Shown: piece by piece, positions 36,876 to 50,030 of the stretch
Position numbering within the stretch: the stretch's first letter is position 1
How the letters are laid out: every line of letters starts with the position of its first letter
NCBI GenBank assembly: GCA_030704615.1
Contig: CM060731.1
Location: 2,542,001 to 2,606,000 of the forward strand
Source: Takakia lepidozioides
Lineage: Eukaryota; Plantae; Bryophyta
Direction of reading: 5' to 3'
DNA: 64,000 nucleotides
The notes under the pieces: generated by a model
Seen by the model: the letters and a program-made list of their open reading frames with translations, nothing else
Database searches by the model: none
Told to the model about the DNA's origin: nothing
Position numbers and translations under genes: made by a program

Positions 36876-39800
36876 ATGAGTGATGAAAGAGAAGCTAGAC
36901 TCCAAAGATATTCAGCAAAAAGAGAAAGTTATATGAAAGCTAATTATCCATATCTTTGGAAGAGAGGAATAGACATAGGGGAATCATCTGGACCTCTCAC
37001 ACCATTAAGATCAGAGAGTACATCACCCATACCGGAAGAACTAGAGTTGGATGCCGCTCCTTCTTTTTCTTTGCAAGAAAGATTAAGGGAATTGGTACAG
37101 GAAGAAGATCAACCACGAGGTGAAAGATCTGAGGTACATCCCTGGATAAAAGATTTGACAGAAATCTTTGATAGGAGTTGGCATGGAACACCAAAAGCAG
37201 GAACTCCAGTTTCTGAGACGGAAGACAAAGAAGGAGGAGAGGATGTGGCAGAGCCAACGGAGAGTTCAGACTCTCCAACACCATTGCAGTTGAGTTACAT
37301 GAGTGAAGAAGAAACCCAAGGGCAGAACTTGGGGGATGAAAACAGAGAGAATAAATTGGAAGAGGAAGAGTATGAAGAAGTAGACCCAACAGCTGAGGTT
37401 GAGACTACAACCAGGACATCCCAACCCGTTGGACCTGGATCAAGTGGAGCACTTGGATCACAGGCCAACGAAGGTGTCGGCTTAGGGGGATCAGGCGAGC
37501 AGCCTGGATCTGGCTCTGGGGGGACAGGGAGTGTGGGAAGTAGTGCAACTGGAGCTGGGAATACTGTGAATATAGTGGGGCCAGTAGCAGGGAGTGCTCA
37601 GGGGCCACCACTTGGTGGAAGTTCGACCACAACTACAACAGGTCCTCAAGGACCAGCACCAACAAGGGGGCCAGCATCTGTCAGTGGGCAGAAGGTAGGG
37701 CCACAGATGGCGTTACAACCAACACGGGCAAAACCACCTTTTCCAATATATTCAGGAAAAGGGGATCCTGATGTACACATTAGCCAATTTGAGCACATGT
37801 GTATTGTGAACAATGAGAATGGCGATGATGCCAAGATGAGATTGTTTCCTTGTTCACTTATAAAGAAAGCAAGTGAATGGTATGCAAGATTCCTTGATAA
37901 TCATTTCCTAACCTGGAATGGCTTGAATACAGCATTCCGAAATAGGTTCAGGACAAGTAAAACTGAGGATGAAGTGTATGGAAGTTTACAACAGTTAAAG
38001 CAAAAGAAGCATGAAACTATTGAGGAGTATATGGAAAAGATGGAATTGATGATGAAAAAGCTGGCTGCTGTACCAGCACCAGGTTAACAGAAGACTTGGT
38101 TTGTGAGTGGACTAAGACCAGAGTTGCAAAAGAAAGTGGATATGATACCCCATAATACAGTGGAGGAGGCATTTGAAACAGCGAACAGAATTGAGCAATT
38201 GGGAATGCTCAGGAGAGAGAAAAGGGATGATGAGGACTCTGAGGATGAGTCAGATGAGGAAGAAGAGCAAGAGTTGAAAAGGAAGAGTAAGAGGAAGGAA
38301 AAGTTGAAGAGGGATAACTATGAGAAAAGATTAGAAGAAATCTTGAAGAAGTATGCCACAGAGGCTGCAACACATTGGAGGAAGGGTGTTTGGTGTGCAA
38401 AGTGCCAGAATGAAGGCCATACCACCACAGAATGCCACATGAAGGAGAAACACTGTACTATCTGTAAAATGGATAACCATTCTACTGAGAATTGTTACTA
38501 CAATAGAAGGACAGCAGCTAGAGAACCTAGGCAAGTAAGGGTGCATCAAGTGCAGCCCCAGCCAAGAAGAAACAGTGATCAGGACCACTATGGTAAGCCT
38601 GGTGGTTATAACAATGGCATGGAAGGAAGAGGTAATCCAAGAGGGAATTACCAAGGAAATTCCAGAGGCAACTATCAGGGTAATCCAAGGGGGAATTACC
38701 AGCCAGGGAATCAGGATTACAGAAACAATTCCAGAACAGACCAAGGGCGAGGACCTAATGGGGAAGAATTGTGTTACTATTGTAATCAGGCAGGCCATCG
38801 CAAGGCAGCCTGTCCATTCTGGATCAGACACCATAATGAGATGAGAGCTTCTGTGAATGAGGGGCTAGTGGTGGCAACTCACATGGTTAGGCCATGTGTT
38901 GTACCAGAAGTAAGTACAATGATAGTAACAAGAAGCAAAGCCAAACTAATACCTCAAGTAGATGAGGAAGATGATGATAATGAAGATGGCAGTGATGTGC
39001 CTGAAGATGATGAGGCTTGGAGAGATGAGAAGGAACTGCACAAGGAAGTGGCAGATACCATAAGGGAAATGCAGAAGAGTACTGATATTCCTATGGCAGA
39101 TTCCTGTGATTCTGAAAGAGAAGAGGAAGTGAGTGAGGATAAAGGGAAGAAAGAAGCTGCAGACATGCAGAGTAATGAAGGGACTTTGGCTGAAGTAATA
39201 TGCCAGTCCAGAGCGGAGATTACCATTGGACAGCTATTGGCTGTAGCACCTTATTGTAGACACAGGCTGTATCAAGCAATCAATCGAATTGCCCATGTGA
39301 CAGGGAACACAGACCTGAACAGCAAGGTGACCAGTTATAATGTGAAGCCGGAAGGGCGAGAAACAGTCATGGACTTTGATGATTCTATGCCAGTAATCCA
39401 ATTGAGAATTGGAAGCACAGAACTAACTGATGTACTGATAGATGGAGGCTCTGGAGTGAATATCATGATAGACCAATTAAGGAAGAAGCTTGGTCTAAGT
39501 AACATGAAACCGGCTCCATTTACAGTAACAATGGCAGATCAAAGAAGTGTACAGCCATTGGGATTGATAAGAGGAGTTAAGATACAGATTCAAAAGATGA
39601 TCTTTATGATCACAGTAACTGTGTTGAAAATGGATGAAGTCATGGAAGCTTACTCCTTATTGTTGGGACGTCCGTGGCTGAAACAGGCCAGGGTATTCCA
39701 TGACTGGAATTCCCAGTTACTAACTGTGCATGATGGGATGCACAAGATACAAATTACCACTAAGAAATCTAGTAGATTACCTGCTACGAGGAGACCTCGA

Positions 39801-41480
39801 GGGGTCAGGGAGTATGACTGGAGGGGAGGACTTGATGAGGAGCAGGAAGCTACCCTGTTCGCTGCACACCCAGAGTGGGAGCAGGTTGCAGAGATGCAGC
39901 TGGAAGGCCTAAGTTGTTTAAAAGGTATCTGTTGTGGTGTAGTGACAGCAACACCAATTGAAGGTGAAACAAGCAGTTACCCACCACATTTCTATGAAGA
40001 AAGAGAGGGAGAAATGGAAATCCTAGAGGTACCAGCCACTGTGAGTTTACAGGATGAAGTGGTGACTGGTTGGACAATCACAGCTGATGAGCAGGTGAGA
40101 GAAGTGAATGTGGGAACTGAAGAGGAACCAAGGATGGTGAAGGTAGGGGCTGATTTGGAGCCAGAATTCTTTGAGGAAGCTAAGAGTTTGTTCATCAAAT
40201 ACAGAGATGTATTTGCTTGGAGCTACAAGGATCTAAAAGGGATACCACTTGAGATCTGTCAGCATAAGATTGAACTGGAACCAGGGTCAGTACCAATCAA
40301 ACAGGCAAGGTACAGAATGAATCCCAACTATGCACACAAGGTTGGAGAAGAGATCAAGAAGTTGGCTGAGGCTAAGTTTATATACCCGATAGAGTATACA
40401 ACTTGGTTGTCACCCATTGTGATAGTTCCCAAGAAGAATGGTAAACTGAGAGTTTGTGTGAACTATAAGAAGTTGAATGCTTGCACGAAGAAAGATCATT
40501 TTCCCTTGCCATTAACAGAAGCGGTATTGGACACTGTGGCAGACCATGAGATGTACTCATTCATGGATGGCTTCAGTGGTTATAATCAAGTGCAAGTGGT
40601 AGAAGAAGACCAGGGAAAGACAGCTTTCATCACAGACGGGGTGCTTATGCATACAAAGTCATGCCTTTTGGACTTTGTAATGCACCAGCAACTTTTCAGA
40701 GGGTGATAAGTGAATCTTTTCATGAGTATCTGGATGATTTCATGTAGGTGTTCTTGGATGATTTCAGTGTGTACAACTCTAAGAATGAGCACTTGCATAA
40801 ATTGGAGTTATGTTTGGCCAAATGCAGGATGAGAGGTCTGGGCCTGAATCCAGAGAAGTGTACTTTCTGTGTGAACTCAGGGGTGCTTTTGGGACACATT
40901 GTGTGTAAAAGGGGACTTCTTGTGGATCCCAAGAAGACAGAGGCTATTAAAGCCTCTCCACCACCAGTAAATGTTAAGAGTTTAAGGAGATTCCTTGGAC
41001 AAACCAGTTATTACAGAAGATTTGTCAAAAGGTATGCACAGATAGTAGCGCCATTGAGCAAGCTTATGAAGAAAGATGCAGTGTTTGCATGGACAGCGAA
41101 ATGTCAACAGGCTTTTGAGGAACTTACATTGTCAGTAACAACTACACCTGTGCTGATTAACCCTCACTGGCATGTAGTATTTCATGTTCACTGTGATGCC
41201 TCAGGAGAAGCGTTGGGAGCGGTGTTAGCCCAAAATATTACAGGAAATATAGATTCACCTGTGTACAATGCTAGCAGGTTGATGAACAGTGCTGAAAAGA
41301 ACTATAGCACAACTGAAAGAGAAGCACTGGCAATGATTTATGCAGTCAAGAAATTCAGTCATTACCTATTGGAAAGAAAGTTTATGTTTTATGTGGATCA
41401 CCGGGCTCTGATATATCTGGTGAACAAACCTTTGATAAGTGGAAGCATAGCAAGGTGGTTAATAATCTTGCACGAGTTTG
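36876..41480 (+). pseudogene. gag-pol: Gag-Pol polyprotein (disrupted)
   Basis: ORFs 36876-38087, 38103-40706 and 40748-41524 with gag, protease, RT and RNase H motifs. Confidence 0.93.
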
Positions 41481-41700
41481 TGTCGCGGCCCTTTGCCTTG
41501 AGGGCAGGGGGTCGGGACACATGAGGGGCTGCCCCTGTGGTGGGGGCATCGGCAGCGATAGGTATGGGGGGCTGAAGCACCCTTGAGTGCCCAAGGCACT
41601 GAAGGAGGCGGAGGCGCTCACTAGGTGGAGCCCCGCACACCGGGTTGCGGTGGGGGTGGCTCCACAAGGGGTGGTGGTGGCTTAGCGGGACTTAGTGGGA
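41481..41700 (+). mobile_element. Truncated copy of the chromovirus LTR seen at 23724
   Basis: Near-identical to 23724-23942; starts exactly at TGTCGCGG inside the RNase H ORF. Confidence 0.88.
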
Positions 41701-41718
41701 GACATTCATACTATCCAG

Positions 41719-42805
41719 AACGGAAATGCGGTGCCGCATTTCCGTTCTGACTGAAAATCGTGAACCATCGGAACTGAAATGCGGCACCGCATTTCCATCC
41801 GAGTCGCACCTCCCAACATTCCAGAACGCAAATGCGGCACCGCATTTCCGTTCTGACTGAAAATCGTGAACCATCGGAACTGAAATGCGGCACCGCATTT
41901 CCATCCGAGTCGCACCTCCCAACATTCCAGAACGCAAATGCGGCACCGCATTTCCGTTCTGATGAAATATCCTGAAACATCGGAACTGAAATGCGGTAGC
42001 GCATTTCCGTCGGAGTCGCACCTTCCGACATTCCAAAATGGAAATGCGGCGCCGCATTACCGTTTTGTATGTGAGGCATGGAGCTGTGGAACGAAAATGC
42101 GGCACCGCATTTCTGCCAGGGTCAGACCTTAATACTCTACAGAACGGAAATGCGGTACCGCATTTCCGTTCTGACTGAAAATTGTGAACAACGGGAACAG
42201 AAATTCGGCTCCGCATTTCCGTCCGAGTCGCACCTTCCGACATTCTCGAACGGAAATGCGGCGCCGCATTTCCGTTTTGTATACGAGGCCTGGAGCTGTG
42301 GGACGGAAATGTGGTGCCGCATTTCCATCCATGTGAGACCTTCAAACTTTCCAGACAGGAAATGCGGCACCGCATTTCTGTTCAGGTGAGATCTCTATAC
42401 TTTCCCGAACGGAAATGTGGAACGGCATTTCCGTTCATCAATTGCGGTATGTGAAGGGGGAACGGAAATGCAGTACCGTATTTCGATTCAGATTGAAAAT
42501 CATGAACCACGGGAACTGAAATGTTGTGCCGCATTTCCGTCCGAATCGCACCTTTCGACATTCCTGAACGGAAATGCGGCGCCGCATTTCCCTTTTGTAT
42601 CTCATACATGGAGCTGTGGGACGGAAATGCGGCACCGTATTTCCGTTCAACAACTAAGGTATGTGAAGGTGGAACTGAAATGCGGTGCCGCATTTCTTCC
42701 AACAAGTACGGATGTGTAGCTTTGTGATGGTACTTAACGGAAATGCGGCGCCGCATTCGCATTTTCACTCCAACTCATCAGACGCTGGGACGGAAATGCC
42801 TTGAA
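41719..42805. repeat. Array of 21 palindromes GGAAATGCGG(CG/CA/TG)CCGCATTTCC at 53-bp period with diverged spacers
   Basis: AAAT starts at 41724, 41777, 41830 ... 42678 (18 intervals of 53), then 42741 (63) and 42794 (53). Confidence 0.95.
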
Positions 42806-43196
42806 ATGTGAACACGTGGAGCAACGGAATTGAGGCACATGTCTGCACTCTATCTGACTGAAGTGGCATGAGGCGGCGCGGCCTGACCATTGGATAATGA
42901 TGTTTGTTTTTCGGACGGCAGGCGTACCCTTAACGATTCGAATTTCGTCATGACGCAAAGTCCACGAGGAGACACTTTCGTCCAACCCTTTCGAACCCAA
43001 ATGGTGCATCACCGCCGTTTCATCTACTTTTGTCGTGTCTCCTCTGTCACCCCTCTCGCGCCCTTTCCATCTGCACTCTTTGCCCCTTTTTCCTGTCTCT
43101 GTTCTTCTTATGCTCGAACCTGAGAGGGGGGGATTTCGTGCACCATACAGGAGACCTCGTCGCAAGCTCCGAAACTTATACTTCGGACGTAGGCCA

Positions 43197-46100
43197 ATGC
43201 CGAAGGGGAGGAAGCAGATGTGTCTACAGGAGGAGATTGCCATCTCCGAACAGCAGGCCACTCAGGCAACCCAGCCACCAGTGAGAGCTCCATGCGATCG
43301 GGCTGCGCGCAGCTGATCGAGCACCGAACCCCCCATTTTGCTTCTGTAATTCTTAGATTGAATGCTAGGAGACTTGAATGCAGAACATGTTTGCATGCCT
43401 AACAGGAAAGGTGGACGTGCTGGAGGGATCGCAGGAATCCGAAGAGCCGCAGGAAGAGTCCGAGGAGCTAGCTGCAGCACGTACACCCACCCAATCCCCG
43501 AGCGCGGGTATTCCTGCCGGGCCTAGCCCTGTGCGTTTCAAAGACGCGGCTTCGAAGGGCAAGTTCAAAGCCCCAGAGATCGACTCACGTTCTTCGGTCA
43601 TGGAGAATCGCCAGCAGGGGTCGGGCCCTTCTCCAGCAAAGTCGAAGAAGAAGAAGCCCGTCCCTCTACTGATTTCTGAACCGGCTCAGGCCGCTTCACC
43701 CCCACCAACGCGAATGAAGCAGCCTGGTAAAAGACAGATTCAATTGCAGCAGACACCTTCACCTGCAAGGATGAGGAAGCAGAAGGAAATCAGGGCGACG
43801 GCCGAACAATCTCCCGCAAAACCGCTTCCATGAGCTGAAGCTCAGTTCCTGGAGGATTTCCCGCCTGCAGATGTTGGGGCCGACTCTGCTGCAGCGAAGG
43901 CAATGGGATCGACCGTTTCTGTCGATTTGGTACCGGAGGAGGGTGCTGCCGCTCAACGTTCGCAGTGAGACCTCACCACCGATGAGCAAGCAGGTCCGGA
44001 GGAGGCCTCTGCAATGGCAGAATTGCCCGCAGACAGGCCCTAGGGTGCAGCTCTAGTTGAGGATGCTCCAGCTGCTCAGCCACTACCGGCACCTACAGAC
44101 ATGTCTCCGGAGGATTTCAAAAGTGCAGCTGATAAAATGTTGGAGGAGACACACAGTAGCATTGGCAGAGTTCTGGGCAGCAGGGTATTCCAGCGGACTC
44201 TTCGAATCCCACTCTATCGCATGGTCTCCCTTCCCATCGTCAGGCAGGCCCTTCCCGGAGATGTGGATAAGCTCAAGTTCGCATTTCGAGAAGGGTACCG
44301 TCTGGGATCGGCAGCGTTTTACGTTTCCATTGAGAATGAGGACGGCGAAACTCGTGGACCCACTGCCGATGAATTGTCAACATGGGATACCCACTGGCAC
44401 ACTCGCAACAACAAATTCAAGGCGACGCTGAAGGGTGATCCAGACTTCGGCCATATGTCGGGTAAAATGTTCTTTGTGTGGGACTGGAATCACCGACTTC
44501 TCGCCTGGTGGGAGTACATCAAGCATAACCATGCCAAACACATTGGCTGGCATTACATGGTGGAGTGTGTCATCCTCAAGGTGAAGGCGGCAGACTCCTC
44601 CTTGCTCAAGAATGCCATGGCGGACCTCAACTCGTAAGATACTCATACCCTCCCAAGCACGTTCGAAATGCGGTGCCGCATTTCGGTTTCCAATCTGTTT
44701 TGTTTCCGTGCTTTCGTGGACTGAACTGGAGAGTGTGCCTTGCAGGGTCACTGAAAATGCGTACGTGCATACCCACATGGCACATATGCTGTACAGGGTG
44801 AGGAAAACTGGTCTCACTGATCCGCACATGTTCGCGGAAATGCTGGAGCCCGAGCTCATTCAGAAAGCCGTGGCAAAAACTGACCGGACATGGTATCGTC
44901 TCACTATGGATGGAATGGTGGAGGTGATATACGAAGTAAGTCGTCCTCCGATTTCCCTCTGCTCATCCTTCAGATTGAAATTTCCAGTAATCTTTCCACA
45001 TGAATCGAATGTAACGCTTCTGCATGTTTTTGTTGGCAGTCAAACATCAAGCTGGATTTGGCCCATGCCAAACGCTTCTTCATGGAAAGTGAGGGGCAGG
45101 TGAAAACGTTGCAGTCATTGACTGAGCACTTGAAGGAAGCCGGTGTCAAGTCCAGAACCAAATACAAGTCAAAGCTTGTGAAGCTGGTGGCAATTGCAGA
45201 TCCGGCACTTGGAAAGGACTTCATCCCCGAGATTGCAAAACACTATTCTCGGGCCATGCAGCCGACCATGCAATTGGAGAAACTGCATCACCTCTCAACG
45301 GCATGTGTTGAGGCGAAAGAGAAGGTGAGGTTTCAATGCACTGAAGTTCCTTCCTAGCAATAGCCACTCTCTTCCAGCTCTTGACATTGGATCGGAAATG
45401 GCAGACACGGTGGCTGTCGATCTGGAATGCATCCGAGAGCATAAGGACAATGTGGTCTTTTCCACTGGAAGTTTCCGACCCTGCAGTGGATGTGTGGCTC
45501 AACCGCATGACTTGGTGGTTCCAGGTAATTCAAGGTACTTCCCCAGATTTGCTTTTCTGAAATGAATTCCCTGAACTGCTACGTGACAATGCATGTGGGA
45601 ATCGCAGGTAATGTCGAATGCGAAGGAGCAAGTCGTAATGCACACAAATTCGTTCGGCTTGTACGTCACATGGGATGGAACACAGACATTGGAAGACTAC
45701 GTGACACGTTTCAGATGTGCGTACAAGGACAACCTTTTCGCCAGAGAGCTACAGACAGCAAGAAGGAGCGTGGAGTTTACACATCAGGAGGGAGCGGGGA
45801 AAGCTGCAATGCGAATTGTTTACAGGTGAAGCACAGCTGCCTTTGTATGCGAAGCCTGGTTACGAGGTTTGTCTCGGAAATGCGGCACCGCATTCGCATT
45901 TTATGTTTTCGGTGGCACTCTGCGAGTAGGTTTGTCCAATCTTATGCTCACGCATGCTGACTGCCCTGCAGGTATATGAAATACGTGCTCCTTCAGACAG
46001 GGGCCCTGGCTCAAGAGCCCCCGTTCTTCATGGCTTGGACCGTGGCGGGCCCAAGCTGTGTCTATACACCCGAGATGCAGAAACAATGGCATCCCGCGCA

Positions 46101-48322
46101 TCTCGTTGGATGCCCCTGGTACCTGGATATGTCTGGCGGTATTGTTGACGAGTCTGAGAAAGATCTGCACGCCTTGGCAGAAGAGAAGAGAAAGGAAAGA
46201 CGTGTCCCTGCTGGGCCAAAGTCGGCAAAGGAATCTGCTGCTCTGGAAGAATCCAGAAAGGCAGCTGAGATGGCACAAAAGACGGTGGATGCAGCTGTGC
46301 AGGCCCAACAGAAGGGGTCGAAGAAGAGGACTCGCCAGCAAGGAGCAGCTGTTGTGACACCCGCCAAAACAAAGAAGCAGAAACAGCCTGTTCAGGAAGA
46401 GGGTGAGGAAGAGGACTCCGATGGAGACTTTGCAACCAGCCCACCCCCCCAAACGCAGGCTGCCTCCCCTGTGCCCACCATTGTCACGAGAGGCACGAGA
46501 ACTGGCTCGGCAAAGAAGGCACTCTTCAACCCCCAGGGGGGCACCCTTTTGAGCCGGTGGAAATGAAGAGGCCGAAAGTGGCTCCCGAAACAGTAGTCCA
46601 GTGTGTAAATGAGAGTTTCTTGGCGGCTTTGGATGGACAGGCAGCCAAGTTGGCATACATGAAGACCATGGAGGGTCTGAAGGGTAGAGCACTGAAGAAG
46701 GCGACTGCCGAAGAGCCTTCCGACACCCCAGGATTTCAGAATATGGTCTCGTTCTTTGAGAGGATGTGTGCAGACAAGGATTGTAGGAGGGGCGGAAATG
46801 CCACCAAGTGGTCTTGCGATATGATCATCTTGGATATTCCGGACGGAGAGCATGTGGAAGGACTGCAAGCTTTGCCATCTTGGAACAGGTACTCGGAGGA
46901 CTTTTGGAAGAAAGGATTCGGGCTTGCCCGCATGGTGTTGGACGACAGAGGCTGTGTGGTTGTCCTGGCGAGCAGAGGAAAAAACACTCAGACAGGAATT
47001 GCGAAGTGGACCCGCAAGAGCGCCGTCCCGATTCTGAAAAAGAAGTGGACGTGCATCAACACACTGGGCCTTCGGTCGGAAGGGAAGAAGGTGATTAGAC
47101 ACTGGCACTCGTCCATTCATTTGCTTGGGTGTTTTCAAATGCGGTGCCGCATTCGGTTTCTAATCGTTCCCCCCTGTGTATGCAGACGAAGCAGTTCGAT
47201 GCATACTGCTTTGTGAAGGAGAACTCCACCTTTGCTTTCCGGAAGGAGGGAGGAAAGGTTGACCCGAACTGCGACCCCCTCGATTACGACGTTCTGTTCA
47301 ACAACGTTCCCAAGGAACTTCTCCCTCATAGCCTCACTTCAACGGAACCCCTGCGGTACTCACGGACTCGGAGCCCTGCCTTCATTCAGACAATTATGGA
47401 GACATGCACAGACGTGGAGGGCACAGTGCTCGACCTCATCTGTGGGACAGGTATGCAGAATCTTGATCTATGTTGTTTTGCAAATTCTCGTTAGGATGTA
47501 GTTCGCAACATCTGAAGCGCCATGTGGTAATGTGTGGATGGCATTGTAACAGGTGCCTCAATGTGGGCTGGGCGGTTTTCCGACCGGCACCTCTTTGCCT
47601 ACGAGGAGGATTCATCCATGTGGGGATCCCATCTGGAAGGGCTGCAACGGAATGTTAAGGCTCCCAACAGAGCGGAAGTCTCCTCGGATTCGTCGGAGTC
47701 CGAGGAAGACACAGTGGACATTGATGCGGAGGAGAACCCGGAATACGAGTGAGTGCAAACATTGTAAGTTTGCAAAGCCTTCTGGGTCATTTTTGTCAAA
47801 CGAATTTCCCGACTGTGGTTCTCATTAGTCTCGTTGATGATTGTCATGTGCAGGATTACAGGGTCCGGGTCGAAACATGTAGGGCCTACACTTCCTGCTA
47901 GGAAGAATGTCCTGTTCTTTGCGAGGGCCGACTTCATGACGAGCCCGGTGAGGGACTACTCCCTTCCTAGTTATGCAGCTAAACTCGCAAATACAGCGAT
48001 TAGAAGAAGTGAGAATCCCAGTAAAGTAGAGCAGATTTTGGAGAGGGCTAGGGAGGACAGAAGGATAAGGAAAGAGTTGGTAGCAGCTCAGACAGGTAGA
48101 CGGGCACGAAAGTACATATGTGATTCAGCGGATGAGAGCGACGCAGACAGGGAGGAAGACGACCCAACGGAGGTGAGATGGACAGTTCCGCAAGGGGAAG
48201 ATGGGATTTTCGAAAGCCTGGCCAACGAGCAGTCCGCTGGAGATGAGAAAGGCACTGAGGGGGTGGAGGCGGAGCAGGACAGTCTAGAACAGGATGAGGA
48301 TTCGGATGATTTTCAAGATTAA
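43197..48322 (+). pseudogene. Multi-exon gene: disordered N-terminus, ParB/Srx-like domain, helical region, beta-class N4C/N6A DNA methyltransferase-like domain, acidic tail
   Basis: Phase-consistent GT-AG introns 44634-44745, 44936-45039, 45325-45404, 45525-45607, 45826-45971, 47091-47185, 47451-47552, 47749-47853. FFVWDWNHRL (paralogue has DGNHR); CDMIILDIPD; RSPAFIQTIMETCT..EGTVLDLICGTG|ASMWAG...RHLFAYEED. Three in-frame stops in 43831-44043, frameshift ~46535; 5' end uncertain. Confidence 0.75.
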
Positions 48323-48458
48323 TAGAATTTTAATGAAGTCTCTGTAAATGTAAATTCTCTTCCAGAGTATATAAAGGAAAATCTCCCCGACATTCGTGAC
48401 CCCTCTCCAGTGTGCATTCCAGCCACACAATCGCCCAAACCACGACGCTCCCAAAATC

Positions 48459-49200
48459 AGAAATGGGGCACCGCATTTCCAAAATTTTGGCAACTCTAAA
48501 AACCTCTTTTGGAAATGCGGCACCGCATTTCCAAAACAGGGGAGGGACTAAATTTTCCATTTCAATGTTGGCATAGTAAAAAGTAATCGGCCGATTGGAA
48601 ATGCGGTGCCGCATTTCCAAAATTTCCTTTGTCCACACGCCAGTTTTGGCTTCTCCCGCTCATTGCATGGATGCCACCACGCTTACAGAGGTCGAACAAG
48701 GAGGTCGAACAAGGAGGTCGAGATGGCGGAATTGGAAATGCGGTACCGCATTTCCATATTGGGGATGGTCGTTGTTCGAACTGTAGGCCCATCAGCAAAA
48801 ATTGGCACCGCATTCCATTGTCAAAAAAAAGTCGATGACGGACATGGAAATGCGGCGCCGCATTTCCAGAACGGACATCGCAATTTGTCCATTTGCAGAC
48901 CCTCTCACGGAAATGCGGTAACGCATTCCATCGAGCTGGTCGGAAATGGGTGCACTTTTCGAAGTGTTGGACGGAAATGCGGCACCGCATTCCCTTGTCC
49001 AAAAAGAAGTTTCCATTGCCAAGCTGGAAATGCGTCGCCGCATTTGCAATGCCAACCTCGTTGTCTGTCCAATTTATAGACCCGTGTTGGTATTTCGTGT
49101 ACCTGGACGGAAATGATGCACCGCATTCCATTGTCCGACACTGAAATGCGGTTCATACATTTCCATGTCGGCATGGAAATGCGGCGCCGCATTTCGATGC
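48459..49200. repeat. Second, looser array of the GGAAATGCGG..CCGCATTTCC palindrome (~13 copies)
   Basis: Copies at 48461, 48513, 48599, 48736, 48799, 48848, 48911, 48975, 49028, 49111, 49177, plus degenerate ones. Confidence 0.88.
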
Positions 49201-49451
49201 CGACATGGCGTTACTCTGGTATATTCTTGACACATGACTCTCATACCGGTTACTCTGGTATATTCATCCGGACAGACAAATTGTAGAAATGAGACATCAA
49301 ATTGTAAACAGTGGGCCAATTCCGACAGTTATTCAACAGAATGAAACACAATCATACAGAAGTGAGGTACGATGGGTTTATTGATCGGACTCGATGTCTC
49401 ACATTAACCAACTGCAGACAAAACTAAGCCCTTCCTCCTTCTACATGGGCT

Positions 49452-50030
49452 TCACCAAGTCGACGGAACTTCGATACCCCTCAAAACAAGCTCATCACTG
49501 CTGCGGCACCTCGAGGTAAACTGCAATTCGGTCGTTCTGCTGCCCTTGCTGGAGCCGACGACAATGTCATGTCCATCAATGATACCACCATCATACATTG
49601 ACAAGGTCACTGTGGGCCTCATGTGCCCGTGCGATTCGTCTTCGCAACTCAGCCGAATGTCTCCATACACTGGAAGAGCGGAGTGATCTGCACGTATATA
49701 GTTTTCCCCGGTGCCGTCCTCCCTGGTCCACTGGCAGCAGTTCCAGCGCCAAAGCGAGGCCGCGCGTGATCTGTCCGGCATCCCTTTCCAGCTTGGTATA
49801 TCGAGGTCAACAATTTTCAGGACCCACGGATCGCATTGACCCTCGCCCTCACCTCGCTCAAAGCGGTAATAGCCCTCCAGATACTCCATTGCGCGCAAAG
49901 ACTCTTGCTTGATTCCAGCAGCGTCTGTGAAAACAGAGAGCCAGACAATGATGTCTCCTGATTCTGGTTTGAACATAGCATAATTGTGGCCATGATAAGG
50001 GCAGTCGGCTGGATTTCGGCGGCACGGCAT
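49452..50030 (-). CDS. Intronless 192-aa protein of unknown function (paralogue A)
   Basis: Intact ORF from ATG 50030 (MPCRRNPADCP...); full-length similarity to 50581-51144. Confidence 0.75.
   Translation of the reverse strand: MPCRRNPADCPYHGHNYAMFKPESGDIIVWLSVFTDAAGIKQESLRAMEYLEGYYRFERGEGEGQCDPWVLKIVDLDIPSWKGMPDRSRAASLWRWNCCQWTREDGTGENYIRADHSALPVYGDIRLSCEDESHGHMRPTVTLSMYDGGIIDGHDIVVGSSKGSRTTELQFTSRCRSSDELVLRGIEVPSTW

Larger units (their letters stand above)
35380..41480 (+). mobile_element. Athila/Tat-like Ty3/Gypsy 5' part: LTR, PBS, upstream extra ORF, gag-PR-RT-RNase H; cut at 41480
   Basis: LTR 35380-36267 (TG...CA), three CCHC knuckles, LIDGGSG, KKNGKLRVCV, FLDD, CDASG...NYSTTEREALA; stops at 38085 and 40745, frameshift near 40637. 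Confidence 0.95.

Noticed and set aside
41692-42768. ORFs with NGNAVPHF / EMRHRIS repeats (also 48330-49319)
   Set aside because: Artefacts of the palindrome arrays.
41719-42805. CRISPR array (palindromic repeat with constant-length spacers)
   Set aside because: Spacers recur as related classes in higher-order duplications, repeats are degenerate, no cas genes, and the context is intron-containing eukaryotic DNA.
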